Positions 50,720-60,362 of a stretch of DNA of 64,000 bases are shown one piece after another. How positions within the stretch are numbered: the first letter of the stretch is position 1; each line of letters opens with the position of its first letter. Made by a program: the position numbers and the translations under genes. Below the pieces are notes generated by a model. It was not told the DNA's origin. It ran no database searches and saw only the letters and a program-made list of their open reading frames with translations. Source of the DNA: a virus; the IMG/VR virus record IMGVR_UViG_3300042448_000816, positions 48,371 to 112,370 of that record. One strand, written 5' to 3'.

Positions 50720-51948
50720 TATACAACCTTCCAACCATAGGTAGAACCTATGAATCTAAATAAAACCGATGCTCTATCTACGTTTAGTAGTAGATTATCA
50801 GATCTTGCCTCTATTAATTCTATACCGCCAGAAATCGTTAAAGGATTTCTTTTAAACGATTCGTATCCATCAATTATAGCAACACTTTCTCCAACTGCTG
50901 GATTTTCTGGCATAATGAGTGTAAAACTGCCTGCTGAGGTATTTGCAATGTATCCAGTGTTAGCAGTTGCCGTGATATTTGAATTAATTACCTGCCAGTT
51001 TCCATAAGCAGTTCCTCCACCAACTCCAACCCAGTATGAGTCGTAGTATATGTATGTGCTACCAGTTGTAGTATTAAACCAAATATCTCCAGGCTCTGGT
51101 GTGGACGGTTCGGTAGCGGATTCTAAATATTTTCCATCTGCTCCAGTGGGGCCTGTCGGACCAGTAACAGTAGAGTCTGCTCCAGTAGCTCCAGTAGGGC
51201 CAGTAGGGCCAGTATCTCCAACTGCACCTGTTGGTCCTGTGGGTCCTGTTGGCCCAGTAACAGTAGAGTCTGCCCCTGTTGGTCCTGTGGGTCCTGTTGG
51301 CCCAGTAACAGTAGAGTCTGCCCCTGTTGGTCCTGTGGGTCCTGTTGGCCCAGTAACAGTAGAGTCTGCTCCAGTGGGGCCTGTCGGACCAGTGGGTCCA
51401 ATTTCTCCTTGTGGACCAGTGGCTCCTTGCTGTGCAATTAAAGTCCAGAAAGTACCTTCCGATGGGGTGTCCCCCGTGTTTCCACCATTGGCATTGATTC
51501 GGTACCAAGTTTGTCCTTGGTATGTTGCAACGTCGCCAACTGCGTATGATGAGCCAACACCATATGCACCAGTAAAGTTCCATAAAGCATCTGCACCAGT
51601 GGGGCCAGTAGCACCTATAGGTCCTGTAGGTCCTGTTGCTCCATCGCTACCAACAAATCCATCAGCACCCGCTGGGCCAGTGGGTCCTGTTTCGCCTGTT
51701 GGACCTGTGGGACCTACACCAATTGGGGCAGTAGTCCAAGTTTCTGCCTCTAAATCATAAATAAGTGTGTCCCCATCATTGGGGGTTGGAACGTAAACAT
51801 TGGCTAAATCATCTAAAGTAGATGCAGAAGTTAGGACATCGGATGCGGTAGTTAAGACATCATTACCGTTTACGGTAGCAGAATCGCCTTCAACAATAAG
51901 ACCATTTTTAATCTTAAAATCTTTATTTGAAGTTGCCAAAATATTCAC
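50719..51948 (-). CDS. Collagen-like fibre with carbohydrate-binding-like insert
   Basis: [14 protein letters not shown]-terminus; long (GPT)n; [14 protein letters not shown] module. Confidence 0.8.
   Translation of the reverse strand: MNILATSNKDFKIKNGLIVEGDSATVNGNDVLTTASDVLTSASTLDDLANVYVPTPNDGDTLIYDLEAETWTTAPIGVGPTGPTGETGPTGPAGADGFVGSDGATGPTGPIGATGPTGADALWNFTGAYGVGSSYAVGDVATYQGQTWYRINANGGNTGDTPSEGTFWTLIAQQGATGPQGEIGPTGPTGPTGADSTVTGPTGPTGPTGADSTVTGPTGPTGPTGADSTVTGPTGPTGPTGAVGDTGPTGPTGATGADSTVTGPTGPTGADGKYLESATEPSTPEPGDIWFNTTTGSTYIYYDSYWVGVGGGTAYGNWQVINSNITATANTGYIANTSAGSFTLIMPENPAVGESVAIIDGYESFKRNPLTISGGIELIEARSDNLLLNVDRASVLFRFIGSTYGWKVV
51227..51369. repeat. Three near-perfect 48-bp tandem repeats (encoding [16 protein letters not shown])
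   Basis: Unit cctgttggtcctgtgggtcctgttggcccagtaacagtagagtctgcc starts at 51227, 51275 and 51323. Confidence 0.9.
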
Positions 51949-52013
51949 CTCGATTAATTATAACAGATTATAGTGATAATTATATAAGTAAACTTTGCGA
52001 ATACCGCTTTTTG

Positions 52014-52038
52014 TGGGGGATTTTGAAAGGATCCCCCA
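52014..52038 (-). terminator. Probable terminator hairpin
   Basis: tgggggat...atccccca just downstream of 52052..53995. Confidence 0.5.
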
Positions 52039-52051
52039 AACCTTTAATATA

Positions 52052-53995
52052 TTAAGACAACAAGAGATCTTCTGATAGCAGTGTTCCAAATACTGTAACT
52101 GTTGAGCCATTGTTATTTGGTGTTACCAATAGCTGAACGTTTGAACCACTAATACCAGCTGAAATACCAGAAGCAGATCCATTTGTGGATACTACGGCAA
52201 ACTCAGTAATTGCAATGTTGTCGGATGCGTCTAGTGTTAAAAGCACCTCAGAAACTTCTGTGTGGGTGCTGTATGCAACCTTTACCAAAAACTTTGCAGA
52301 ACGGTAGTCTGCCTTAGCAAAAGCAAAGGCTACAACTGGTACGTCTTCTGTTGCAGCATAAGTTATAGCTGCAACTTGCTTAGCAATTGAATTAACCTCA
52401 ATAGCTGTGAAGTTAGGAACAACTGCTTCTAGAGCATCTACTGCACGAGTATTTGTGAAGTATAGGTTGGTTCCTTCAGCAATTTCGTCGGTAGTCAATG
52501 CGTCAATAACATCTGTTACATTTTCTAGCTGAGTTAATGGAACCTGAGCTCCTGCATCTAGAGTAGCTACTCCATCTGCCTCACCCTTTTGTGTAAGAGG
52601 AACATAATCATCTAGTTCTCCAGGAAGATCGCTAAGCGTTACGAATGTTTCATCTGCGTAAGTTTTTGCATTTGTTTCTGCAGTTGATGCAGAACCTGAT
52701 GCGTCGTACCAAGTATCTACAACTGTGCGGTCTACAGCAATTTCTAGACCATCTACAGAAATTCCTTCGCCAGGAGTTACCGATCCTGAACCAGAAAACT
52801 GTGTCCAGGTTAGACCATCAAAGGTGGTGGCGTAGTGATCTGCCTGAACCCAAGAAGTAGCTCCATACTGAGTTCCTTCCTTAACAAATACTGCGGCACC
52901 GATTAGTTCTGCAACTGTATCTGCATCTTCTGAACGAGTTAGTGTATATGTTGTTCCGTTGTCTGCATAAACATAAATACCATTTTCTGTGTCTGTTGTT
53001 TGGTTTGTAAGTAGCAATCGGTAGCCGTCGTCAGTTCCATCTAGAGCTGCGTGACCATCGATAACTACAGTCTCTGTGTTTCCTGTTAGAGGAACGTTTG
53101 AGGTTGCAAATAGGTTCACAGAATCTTTCCAGCTAAGACCAGAAATTGCATTATCTACATAAGCATGGGTAGCAATTTCATTTCCTGCGGAAACTGAGGT
53201 GATGTATGAAGAACCATCTGCATTAAGAACAATATCTCCGCTGTCTGATGAAATAACCACATCAGCATCTGCTGCCATTGTCTTAAGAGTAAGATCTCCA
53301 TAGTTAGCCTTGATTTCAAAATCATGGCTTCCAGCAAGTACTGCAATCTGACCTTCGTCTGCAATTGTTACACCGTCTGTAAAGTATAGCGTGTCAATAA
53401 TTCTCTTGTTTGAAATGTCTTGTGTGTCAGTTGTTCCTACAACATCCCCAGTTACCCCGTGAACTCCAGTGGTTAGCTCTGAATGTGTGTCTACATAACC
53501 TTGAGCATTAGTTTCGGCACCTGATTTAGCAGTGGCAATTCTGTCTGTAACCGTATCTCCAGATGTGCCGTCAACAGTTTCGTCACCGATTAGGTCGTCG
53601 GTGTATCCCTTGGCATTGGTTTCAGCTGTTGCTGCAGACCCTGCTGCATCGTACCAGGGGTCCGTAGCAGTTCGGTCTACAGAAATTGCACCAGTGGTGT
53701 CGTTATACGAAATACCAGTTCCAACTGAGTTACCGATAGCATCCTGAGCACGTTCATCTGTAAAGTACTTGTTTGTACTACCTTCAGTTAGGTTATCTGT
53801 AGTTGAATCAGCAACACCATTTTCAGCTACAAAGTCTACGACTTTGGTTGTTGGGTTGTATGTTACTGTAATGTTTGTTTGAGTACCGCCAGTAATGGCG
53901 TCTTCTGTAATAATATCTGAGCCGTTAACGGTAGCGTTCGTACCTTCAACGACGAGCCCATGCTTGACCCTAAAGTCTTTGTTTACTGTTGCCAT
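52052..53995 (-). CDS. Tail fibre-like virion protein
   Basis: ATVNKDFRVKHGL; TDNLTEG.TN.YFT..RA repeats; RLLL..Q....ENGIY module; C-terminal YRSAKFLV. Confidence 0.7.
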   Translation of the reverse strand: MATVNKDFRVKHGLVVEGTNATVNGSDIITEDAITGGTQTNITVTYNPTTKVVDFVAENGVADSTTDNLTEGSTNKYFTDERAQDAIGNSVGTGISYNDTTGAISVDRTATDPWYDAAGSAATAETNAKGYTDDLIGDETVDGTSGDTVTDRIATAKSGAETNAQGYVDTHSELTTGVHGVTGDVVGTTDTQDISNKRIIDTLYFTDGVTIADEGQIAVLAGSHDFEIKANYGDLTLKTMAADADVVISSDSGDIVLNADGSSYITSVSAGNEIATHAYVDNAISGLSWKDSVNLFATSNVPLTGNTETVVIDGHAALDGTDDGYRLLLTNQTTDTENGIYVYADNGTTYTLTRSEDADTVAELIGAAVFVKEGTQYGATSWVQADHYATTFDGLTWTQFSGSGSVTPGEGISVDGLEIAVDRTVVDTWYDASGSASTAETNAKTYADETFVTLSDLPGELDDYVPLTQKGEADGVATLDAGAQVPLTQLENVTDVIDALTTDEIAEGTNLYFTNTRAVDALEAVVPNFTAIEVNSIAKQVAAITYAATEDVPVVAFAFAKADYRSAKFLVKVAYSTHTEVSEVLLTLDASDNIAITEFAVVSTNGSASGISAGISGSNVQLLVTPNNNGSTVTVFGTLLSEDLLLS

Positions 53996-54016
53996 TTTTA
54001 TATCTCCTTAATTTGG

Positions 54017-54463
54017 CTATGCCTTAAGACCAGTTCTTAAATACCTTACGGTAATTGGCCTTATGGCAGGGTTTGGGGTAACGCTAAGTGTAATAACGTT
54101 GCCATTTCTTGAGACAGTAACAGTTCCAATATCCCCATCATTGTCTAATACTGCATATTCACTGATAGTGAGACCCTCATCATCAATTAATGCAGAAATT
54201 TCGGTAGTATAGTATTTATTTTGTACACCTACTGTGTGAGAAATAGATACTACGTATTTAACAGATCTCCAAGAAGTTGCACTTATGGTTTCTAAAACTG
54301 TAGTGTTTTCAATTCCGTAAATGATATTCTCATTGTTTCCATCTGATCCAAGATCTGTTGCTTGAGCAGCTAAAGTATCAATAAGATCCAGATAGTCTTG
54401 CCCATTAGGCTTGTCCCCTGATTCAAACTTTGATTTTAGCGTGTTTAAGTTAATCTTGGCCAT
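54017..54463 (-). CDS. Virion protein with C-terminal domain like that of 52052..53995
   Basis: KFESGDKP...DY.DLIDT; WRSVKYVV; leaderless promoter. Confidence 0.65.
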   Translation of the reverse strand: MAKINLNTLKSKFESGDKPNGQDYLDLIDTLAAQATDLGSDGNNENIIYGIENTTVLETISATSWRSVKYVVSISHTVGVQNKYYTTEISALIDDEGLTISEYAVLDNDGDIGTVTVSRNGNVITLSVTPNPAIRPITVRYLRTGLKA

Positions 54464-54490
54464 ATTAGTATTATATCAGTTGTTTATAAA

Positions 54491-54682
54491 TTAAAGGATA
54501 TAGTTGTTTAAACCAATAACAGCAATTCCAATTGCAGCTGGGTTGCTTGGTCCGTACCCTGGAACCATTATGTTGGTAAATCTAATTCTAAATGGAACAA
54601 CGTTATTTATTTTTACAGTTCTTTTACCCTCAGAAATTTTAGCTATAGGATAGCTTTTCTTTGAAATAACTGCAGTAGCCAT
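54491..54682 (-). CDS. Small hypothetical protein
   Basis: Start re-assigned to ATG 54682 (MATAVIS); C-terminal PAAIGIAVIG. Confidence 0.6.
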   Translation of the reverse strand: MATAVISKKSYPIAKISEGKRTVKINNVVPFRIRFTNIMVPGYGPSNPAAIGIAVIGLNNYIL

Positions 54683-54690
54683 GGGGATCT

Positions 54691-55113
54691 CTAGCTTAGC
54701 TCTGGCTCTGTTACATCCTCTAGAACTACAACACTGCCCTGAGCAACAGTCCAAACCGTTGACCTTTGTGCTGTTGATAGCTCAATATCAAAAATATCTC
54801 CAGTTTGTAGGATTCCTGACTCTGTTGCAGTTAAAGATACCGTGAATTCTCCAGCAGCATCGTCTGGGTCTTGTTCTGGGGTAAGAGTTAAAATTAGTGT
54901 TGCTGCATCTGTAATTACTCCAGCATTTGCAGCATTTGTTGGTCTTTTTATTTGCATTTCAATAGACCAGTCATCAAGATTTAGTGGTGCTTTTTCGTCA
55001 TCTGTGACGTATACCTTGAATGCAGCTGTATCACCACGAACAATAGTCCAAGTTACTCTTGGAGGAGTATTGCCCACATTATAAGAGTTAGAAGAACTTC
55101 TGAGCGTAGCCAT
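54691..55113 (-). CDS. BppU-N-like baseplate/fibre adaptor protein
   Basis: WTIVRGDT, DIEL, TVAQG...EDVT. Confidence 0.6.
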   Translation of the reverse strand: MATLRSSSNSYNVGNTPPRVTWTIVRGDTAAFKVYVTDDEKAPLNLDDWSIEMQIKRPTNAANAGVITDAATLILTLTPEQDPDDAAGEFTVSLTATESGILQTGDIFDIELSTAQRSTVWTVAQGSVVVLEDVTEPELS

Positions 55114-55170
55114 AATGAAATTATATCATAGTATATAGCTTTTAGGCATATACTTTGGTATAATTAAGTG

Positions 55171-55728
55171 ATGAATAATACGAAAAAGAAATTTGTCGTT
55201 CCTGGAATTATAGGAATTGTCATTCTTGGTTCCCTGAATTTTTCGGGTAAAAAGACTGAGCCAGTAGTTATAGAACAAAAGCCATTAGACACAGAAGCCT
55301 CAATAGTTCTGCCTTTTGATTTACAGCCAGCATCTATTTCACACCCTATAGAGATTCCAGTATTAGACGAATCTACAATTTTTACTCCAGAAGAAATTAA
55401 GAATGTTCTTGAGCTTGCTGGATTTGAGGGTAAAGGATTAAGAACCGCTTTTGGAATAGTGCTGAAAGAATCTACTGGAAGACCATATGCTCACAATCAA
55501 AATAGTTCTACTGGAGATAACTCTTATGGGTTATTTCAAATTAATATGATTGGATCTTTAGGTCCTGCAAGAAGGTCTGAGTTTGGACTAGCAAATAATG
55601 AAGAACTGTTTAGTCCCCTCAAAAATGCACAGATTGCTTATATTATTTCTGATGGTGGAACTGACTGGGGTCCTTGGGGTGGAGTATCTCGAAAAGTTAT
55701 AAACTTTACTAATGATTTTCCAGAATAA
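55171..55728 (+). CDS. Lytic transglycosylase (SLT/lysozyme-like) with N-terminal membrane anchor
   Basis: Plus strand reads gtg atg aat aat acg aaa...gaa taa (ORF track strand is wrong); KES.G, SYGLFQIN, W.PW; TGGTATAAT 6 nt before ATG 55171. Confidence 0.85.
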   Translation: MNNTKKKFVVPGIIGIVILGSLNFSGKKTEPVVIEQKPLDTEASIVLPFDLQPASISHPIEIPVLDESTIFTPEEIKNVLELAGFEGKGLRTAFGIVLKESTGRPYAHNQNSSTGDNSYGLFQINMIGSLGPARRSEFGLANNEELFSPLKNAQIAYIISDGGTDWGPWGGVSRKVINFTNDFPE

Positions 55729-55729
55729 T

Positions 55730-55969
55730 TTACCAATTACCTACTGGACACTCTGCACCCTTTAGTTTTGTTTTAAGATGCATTATGCAGCCACACTTTT
55801 TACACTGATTCGTTGCTTTGATTAAGAAAGGACAACCTTTACAAATATCCATTCTTCTAGAAGCTTCTTCTTCATCAACATATTCAGTTTTAGGATTTAA
55901 CAGATCCCACGGCCTGGTCGTGCCTAAATTCTTTTTCCACTGCTGGTATGGGGTAAGGTTTTCTTCCAT
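55730..55969 (-). CDS. Small Cys-rich protein (CxxC...CxxCGC...CP..W)
   Basis: RMDICKGCP...QCKKCGCIM.LKT.L..A.CP.G.W. Confidence 0.75.
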   Translation of the reverse strand: MEENLTPYQQWKKNLGTTRPWDLLNPKTEYVDEEEASRRMDICKGCPFLIKATNQCKKCGCIMHLKTKLKGAECPVGNW

Positions 55970-56238
55970 TAACTGACCCCTGAGTTTTCTGGGGGAAGAA
56001 AGTTATCCCCATCCATAGTCCATCCAAAATCAATTTCGTCATAGTTTTTATTAGTAATATCTACAATAATTGGTTGAGACTGAAGGCCATAAATTAATGA
56101 TGCCATATTAGGATCTTCATAATTTTCTTCTACATACCATTTATGAAAAACCTCATTATCTGTAACAAGAGCAAATACTCTTTGAGGTCTTTGAGCTTGT
56201 TCAGCTTCAAAATTTTCTATTGGTTTTATTTCATTCAT
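55969..56238 (-). CDS. Hypothetical protein, possible fibre chaperone
   Basis: FALV.D.EV...LQS.P.IVDIT...GW..DG..F; leaderless promoter. Confidence 0.6.
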   Translation of the reverse strand: MNEIKPIENFEAEQAQRPQRVFALVTDNEVFHKWYVEENYEDPNMASLIYGLQSQPIIVDITNKNYDEIDFGWTMDGDNFLPPENSGVS

Positions 56239-56255
56239 TAAAAAATTATATCATA

Positions 56256-57137
56256 TCAAACTGCAGAACAGGGTACTGATGCTGTTGATTGAGACTTATA
56301 AACCCCACAAACAAATACTTTTGTAGTTTTTGATATTCTGCCGTTTCTACATGTTCCATAAGCGTATGTATAGGTTGTCTTACATCTTTCCTGCTCATTA
56401 AAATATGTAGTTCCATTAGTTCTTTGACAAAGCTGAATTCTTCTTTGCTTAGTAGGATCTGTTAAATGATCCACCCAATCTGTCCAGTCAGCACACGTAG
56501 CTTGCCAACAGGTATAAGATACTGAGTTTGAATATGGATTACAGGCTGAGTCGATTCCAGATGTTGTTTTTGTTTGCGTTCCAGTTGCATATACTAAAAA
56601 TCTTGCAGTGCATGTGCTAAAAGTTGTAGTTGCTGTGGGGGTACATGAAACTGGTGCAACAACATGTCCACACTGACCATTTATGTATTCACTACCCCTA
56701 GGAACAACGGTATCAGCACAACTATAGTCATAAGTAATTGTTGAAGTTCCAGTAACGTTATTTGTTGTGGTTACCGTTTTTCTATTTTTGGTTCTTGTGG
56801 GTCCATAAACATATAGAGTTCCACTACAATAATCTGAATCATTTGCAGGTGTGGTATACCCTTGGCAAGGACTTACTGTTACTGTATCTGCAACAAATTT
56901 TCCAAAATTTACAACAATTGGTGTTTCATAGTCTACTAAAGTTCCTGCAGCTGGAAACTGAGTTAAACCAATTCCACCTTGTGCAGAATTATTTGTTGCA
57001 ACCTCTCCAGAAAGGGGATTAAGAACAAGGCCAGCAGACGCTAGCTGACTATTTGCGGTAGCACTATTAAGTCCAGCAAAATTAGGAACTAAAACCATTC
57101 CCTTTGAAGATCCGAGCCTAGAAATAAAACCTAACAT
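56256..57137 (-). CDS. PASTA-domain protein with Cys-rich C-terminus
   Basis: VPNFAGL....A...L...GL...Q.PAAGT.V (PASTA); 14 Cys downstream. Confidence 0.75.
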   Translation of the reverse strand: MLGFISRLGSSKGMVLVPNFAGLNSATANSQLASAGLVLNPLSGEVATNNSAQGGIGLTQFPAAGTLVDYETPIVVNFGKFVADTVTVSPCQGYTTPANDSDYCSGTLYVYGPTRTKNRKTVTTTNNVTGTSTITYDYSCADTVVPRGSEYINGQCGHVVAPVSCTPTATTTFSTCTARFLVYATGTQTKTTSGIDSACNPYSNSVSYTCWQATCADWTDWVDHLTDPTKQRRIQLCQRTNGTTYFNEQERCKTTYTYAYGTCRNGRISKTTKVFVCGVYKSQSTASVPCSAV

Positions 57138-57145
57138 AAGTTATC

Positions 57146-57817
57146 CTATGCCGTCAAGTCACCGATTAATATCCAGGTATTATTACTTTTATGAATTAAC
57201 GTTGCTGGAGACCATTGTGCGGCAATTTTTCTATTATTATTCTTGCTTCGAAGAGTCACTCCTACGCCTGGGTCAAAATTTACTTGACCAGTGCCAGATC
57301 TAATAAAAGCTATTTGAGTACCTACTAAAAATGTGTTTGCTGCAGTGCCTTCTGGAGCTGGAACGTTTGCTGGTATTGTAACCGTTACGTTAGAGGATGT
57401 GTCAATATCTATAGTTCTTCCAGCATCTGCCAAGGATAATGTGAAATTGGATGATTTTGAGCTAAGCTGAGCATTCTCACCGTAAACTCTCCACTGAGTA
57501 CCCTGAAGATACTGAATTTGATTTAAGGTCTGTCCATCATTTGTTTGTCTGATAAAAACAACAATACCGTTTGGAGTTGTTGGGGTAACTGGAATAGCTA
57601 GGTCCCTGTCTGCTGGGTTCTGAAAGTTATTTATACCAAACTTTGAATTTAGCACAGAATCAAACGTTACGGTGTTTGAGAAGTTATGTGTTCCTGACCA
57701 GGAATATGGTGCTGTTGTGTTTGCATATCCAGCAATTGGGTGCCAGGTACCTCCAGCAGCTGGGGCATTGCTCTTATAGATATAAGCTACTTTTCCTACT
57801 GAACTAATTTCTGACAT
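57146..57817 (-). CDS. Fibre adaptor protein
   Basis: C-terminal domain shared with 46631..47710 and 35664..36827 (ends WILIGDLTA). Confidence 0.7.
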   Translation of the reverse strand: MSEISSVGKVAYIYKSNAPAAGGTWHPIAGYANTTAPYSWSGTHNFSNTVTFDSVLNSKFGINNFQNPADRDLAIPVTPTTPNGIVVFIRQTNDGQTLNQIQYLQGTQWRVYGENAQLSSKSSNFTLSLADAGRTIDIDTSSNVTVTIPANVPAPEGTAANTFLVGTQIAFIRSGTGQVNFDPGVGVTLRSKNNNRKIAAQWSPATLIHKSNNTWILIGDLTA

Positions 57818-58311
57818 TAGCTTAGATCACCGCCAATTTCTCTCCATATACTTAAAGCACTGTCATAAACATACATTGTTAATGGGTCAGAGCCTTTATC
57901 CACCCACAAAGCTCCATTTGGAATTGTTCCAGTGGGGGTTGTTGTTTGATACCTAGCAACCGAAAGTGGTAAAGTTCCATCGGTATTAAATGTTGGAGCA
58001 GCAGAACTTTCATCTACCCAAATATATCCGTCTGGAATAGAAGATGGAGCTGAAGGAACATATTTTGAACCAGTCCCAAGAACCTCTACGCTGATTACAC
58101 GATTAGTTATAGCATCTAGGTATCCAGCAATAGAATTAGAAGCAAGAGATCCATTAGAAACAACAGAGCCTGGTAATGGTGGAGTTTCTGTTCCATAGTG
58201 ATAAATTCTTAAAGCTTTTTGAATGTTTGCATTATCACCCAACAAAGGGATTTTTGTATTGTATGGGCCAGAGCCGTTAGGGGTACCATCAATATTCTCT
58301 GCCATAATCAA
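57817..58311 (-). CDS. Virion fibre-base protein
   Basis: TKIP.L.D.ANIQ.ALR.YHYG; P....G.LWVD repeats. Confidence 0.6.
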   Translation of the reverse strand: MIMAENIDGTPNGSGPYNTKIPLLGDNANIQKALRIYHYGTETPPLPGSVVSNGSLASNSIAGYLDAITNRVISVEVLGTGSKYVPSAPSSIPDGYIWVDESSAAPTFNTDGTLPLSVARYQTTTPTGTIPNGALWVDKGSDPLTMYVYDSALSIWREIGGDLS

Positions 58312-58339
58312 TCACCTTCTTTAATTTTATCATAGTATA

Positions 58340-59248
58340 CTACAGTAGCGGTAAGAATCCAATACCAGCCACCACAACAAAGCTTAGAATCTTTACTCCG
58401 TTTAGCCTTCTCCAAGCTACAGTTTCTTCTGCTGGATTAAAAGGTTCAGCTTCTGTTGCTTGTATGCTAATTGGAAGAAATCTTTCCGAGGTACCAGTTT
58501 CTGGGGTAGTAAGCTCTCCAACAGTCAAACCAGAAGATACGGCACTTTCATTTAAAATCACGTACTGAATGTTAAAACCTTCTCCGTCGCCAAACTCAAT
58601 TTCTTCAGCACTTAGATACTGGCTTATTGGGAAAAGAAGTCCTCTCTCAATTGAAGAAAGAGTTACCCAAGCTCCAGAAGGAGGTACTGCTGGATTGAAT
58701 ACTTTTAACGAAGAAGTTTCTTCAGTTGGGTCAGAACTAATTTCTATCCAGTAAGTTGCAATTAGAGGGTTTGCGTTTGGGGTAGGTGCTGAAGTTCCAA
58801 TAGTAATGTTATCGGAATCTGTCAAAATACTATTTATTGCATCTACTGGTGTTGGGAATGCACCAGCTGCTACCAAACTTCCTATGTAAGCTAGACCCTC
58901 TGCGGTTGGTGTTATTGTACTGATAAAACCGTTAATAAAAACAACTTGAATATTTGCAAGGGCAGTAGACGGAATAAGCCTAAGAACTTTTGACCATCCT
59001 GCAACACCGTTTGTAATACCGTACTCATAAAGAAAAAGGAATTCAAAGTCTGACGGAGATCTATTTATGTAAAGATCTAGTGGCTGTGGAGTTGTTGGAA
59101 AGCTAACAATTGCATCAGTTGGCTTACCAGGTCCAGAAAAAATAAGACTGCCACGGTCTCCTTTGGGACCAAAATCAACATTAACATCTATTGACGCTGG
59201 TCCTCCAAAAATGGATAAATTTTCATTTGATAATATTACTTCTGGCAT
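58340..59248 (-). CDS. Hypothetical virion protein
   Basis: VDFGPKGDRGS.IF.G.GKP. Confidence 0.6.
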   Translation of the reverse strand: MPEVILSNENLSIFGGPASIDVNVDFGPKGDRGSLIFSGPGKPTDAIVSFPTTPQPLDLYINRSPSDFEFLFLYEYGITNGVAGWSKVLRLIPSTALANIQVVFINGFISTITPTAEGLAYIGSLVAAGAFPTPVDAINSILTDSDNITIGTSAPTPNANPLIATYWIEISSDPTEETSSLKVFNPAVPPSGAWVTLSSIERGLLFPISQYLSAEEIEFGDGEGFNIQYVILNESAVSSGLTVGELTTPETGTSERFLPISIQATEAEPFNPAEETVAWRRLNGVKILSFVVVAGIGFLPLL

Positions 59249-59649
59249 TAGCTTAAGAATGCCTCCAAAGCTCCAGTAATCTGTTCTGTAACAGTTATGT
59301 TTCCAGTAAGCAAAGTAATTACAGTTGAATATGGATCTACTCCCTCTACTGCTGCTTTAAAAATTTGAACGTCATAAAAGTAGTTTAAGCTAAAATCCAT
59401 AGCTAATCCGTTTTCAGGTAGTATGGCACAGTCAATATAGGTTCTGTCTGCTGATATCCTAGCGTAACCCTCCAGTTGGTCTGAAATTCCAGCCTCACCA
59501 CGCTCTGTGGACATTGTAAACTTTACTCCATTAGCCAAGTCATAGCCTAGCAATGGAAATGGGTTTCCGCTAGAATCTTTGGGGTAGATCCTAAACTCAT
59601 AGGTGTCACCCCTGTAATATGAAATATTAAAAACTGCTGGAAACGCCAT
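59248..59649 (-). CDS. BppU-N-like protein
   Basis: YYRGDT, YFYDVQI, TLLTG.ITV; start re-assigned to ATG 59649 with SD AGGAG. Confidence 0.65.
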   Translation of the reverse strand: MAFPAVFNISYYRGDTYEFRIYPKDSSGNPFPLLGYDLANGVKFTMSTERGEAGISDQLEGYARISADRTYIDCAILPENGLAMDFSLNYFYDVQIFKAAVEGVDPYSTVITLLTGNITVTEQITGALEAFLS

Positions 59650-59657
59650 GATTCTCC

Positions 59658-59738
59658 TTAAACCTTGTAGACCTTGCCTTGTACTTTGATAACCTTTGGT
59701 AGCTGAGTCTTTACTGTTGAAATTTTTACGATAGCCAT
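59658..59738 (-). CDS. 26-aa basic peptide (MAIVKISTVKTQLPKVIKVQGKVYKV)
   Basis: TAATG coupling to the upstream gene; fills the gap to the next SD. Confidence 0.55.
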   Translation of the reverse strand: MAIVKISTVKTQLPKVIKVQGKVYKV

Positions 59739-60118
59739 TATAGAGTTCCCGCCGTGACATCAGCAGCTACTTTAATTGTTCCAAGAACTGGAGTCCAGAT
59801 TATATCATCAATCTGTACTTCAAGGTCGAAAGCAATTTCAGCAACTGTTCCATTATAGCCAGATCCCCAAAAAGAAGTAATCTCTGGAGGAGCTATGATA
59901 TTTACATAGCCATCTTCAACCTCAACGGTCAAGGAATCCAGGACATCTCCCCTATTGTCATATGTAGTAGAAGCAAAGTTCCACTCTTCTATGTCAAAAG
60001 TAGTTGTTTCATCATTTTCAAGAAAGTCTACACGCAATCTAGCAGTATCACCACGAACAACGTTCCATTTAACTATTGCTGGTGTATTGCCAAATGATTC
60101 AGGTATAGACATAGTCAT
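59738..60118 (-). CDS. BppU-N-like protein (paralogue of 54691..55113)
   Basis: GNTP..V.W.VVRGDTA; start re-assigned to ATG 60118 after TGATATAAT. Confidence 0.65.
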   Translation of the reverse strand: MTMSIPESFGNTPAIVKWNVVRGDTARLRVDFLENDETTTFDIEEWNFASTTYDNRGDVLDSLTVEVEDGYVNIIAPPEITSFWGSGYNGTVAEIAFDLEVQIDDIIWTPVLGTIKVAADVTAGTL

Positions 60119-60362
60119 AATATTGATTATATCACAGAAAACGTTAAAAAGACTAATACTCAAGTTGGTGGGTATGAGAGACAAACCTGAGTATTAGCCT
60201 TATAGATTATAACATAACAAACGTTATAATATCGTTATAAAGTATTTGCACTTAAAAATAAAAAGTGTGGTATATTGTTATAATTAGGTTTTAAGATATA
60301 TATAATATAAAGTATATAAGATATTAAATATATAGTATAGTTTTATATATTATATATAATAA

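Noticed and set aside
51050-51760. 236-aa plus-strand (PVG)n collagen-like ORF
   Set aside because: Reverse-complement artefact of the (GPT)n repeats in 50719..51948.
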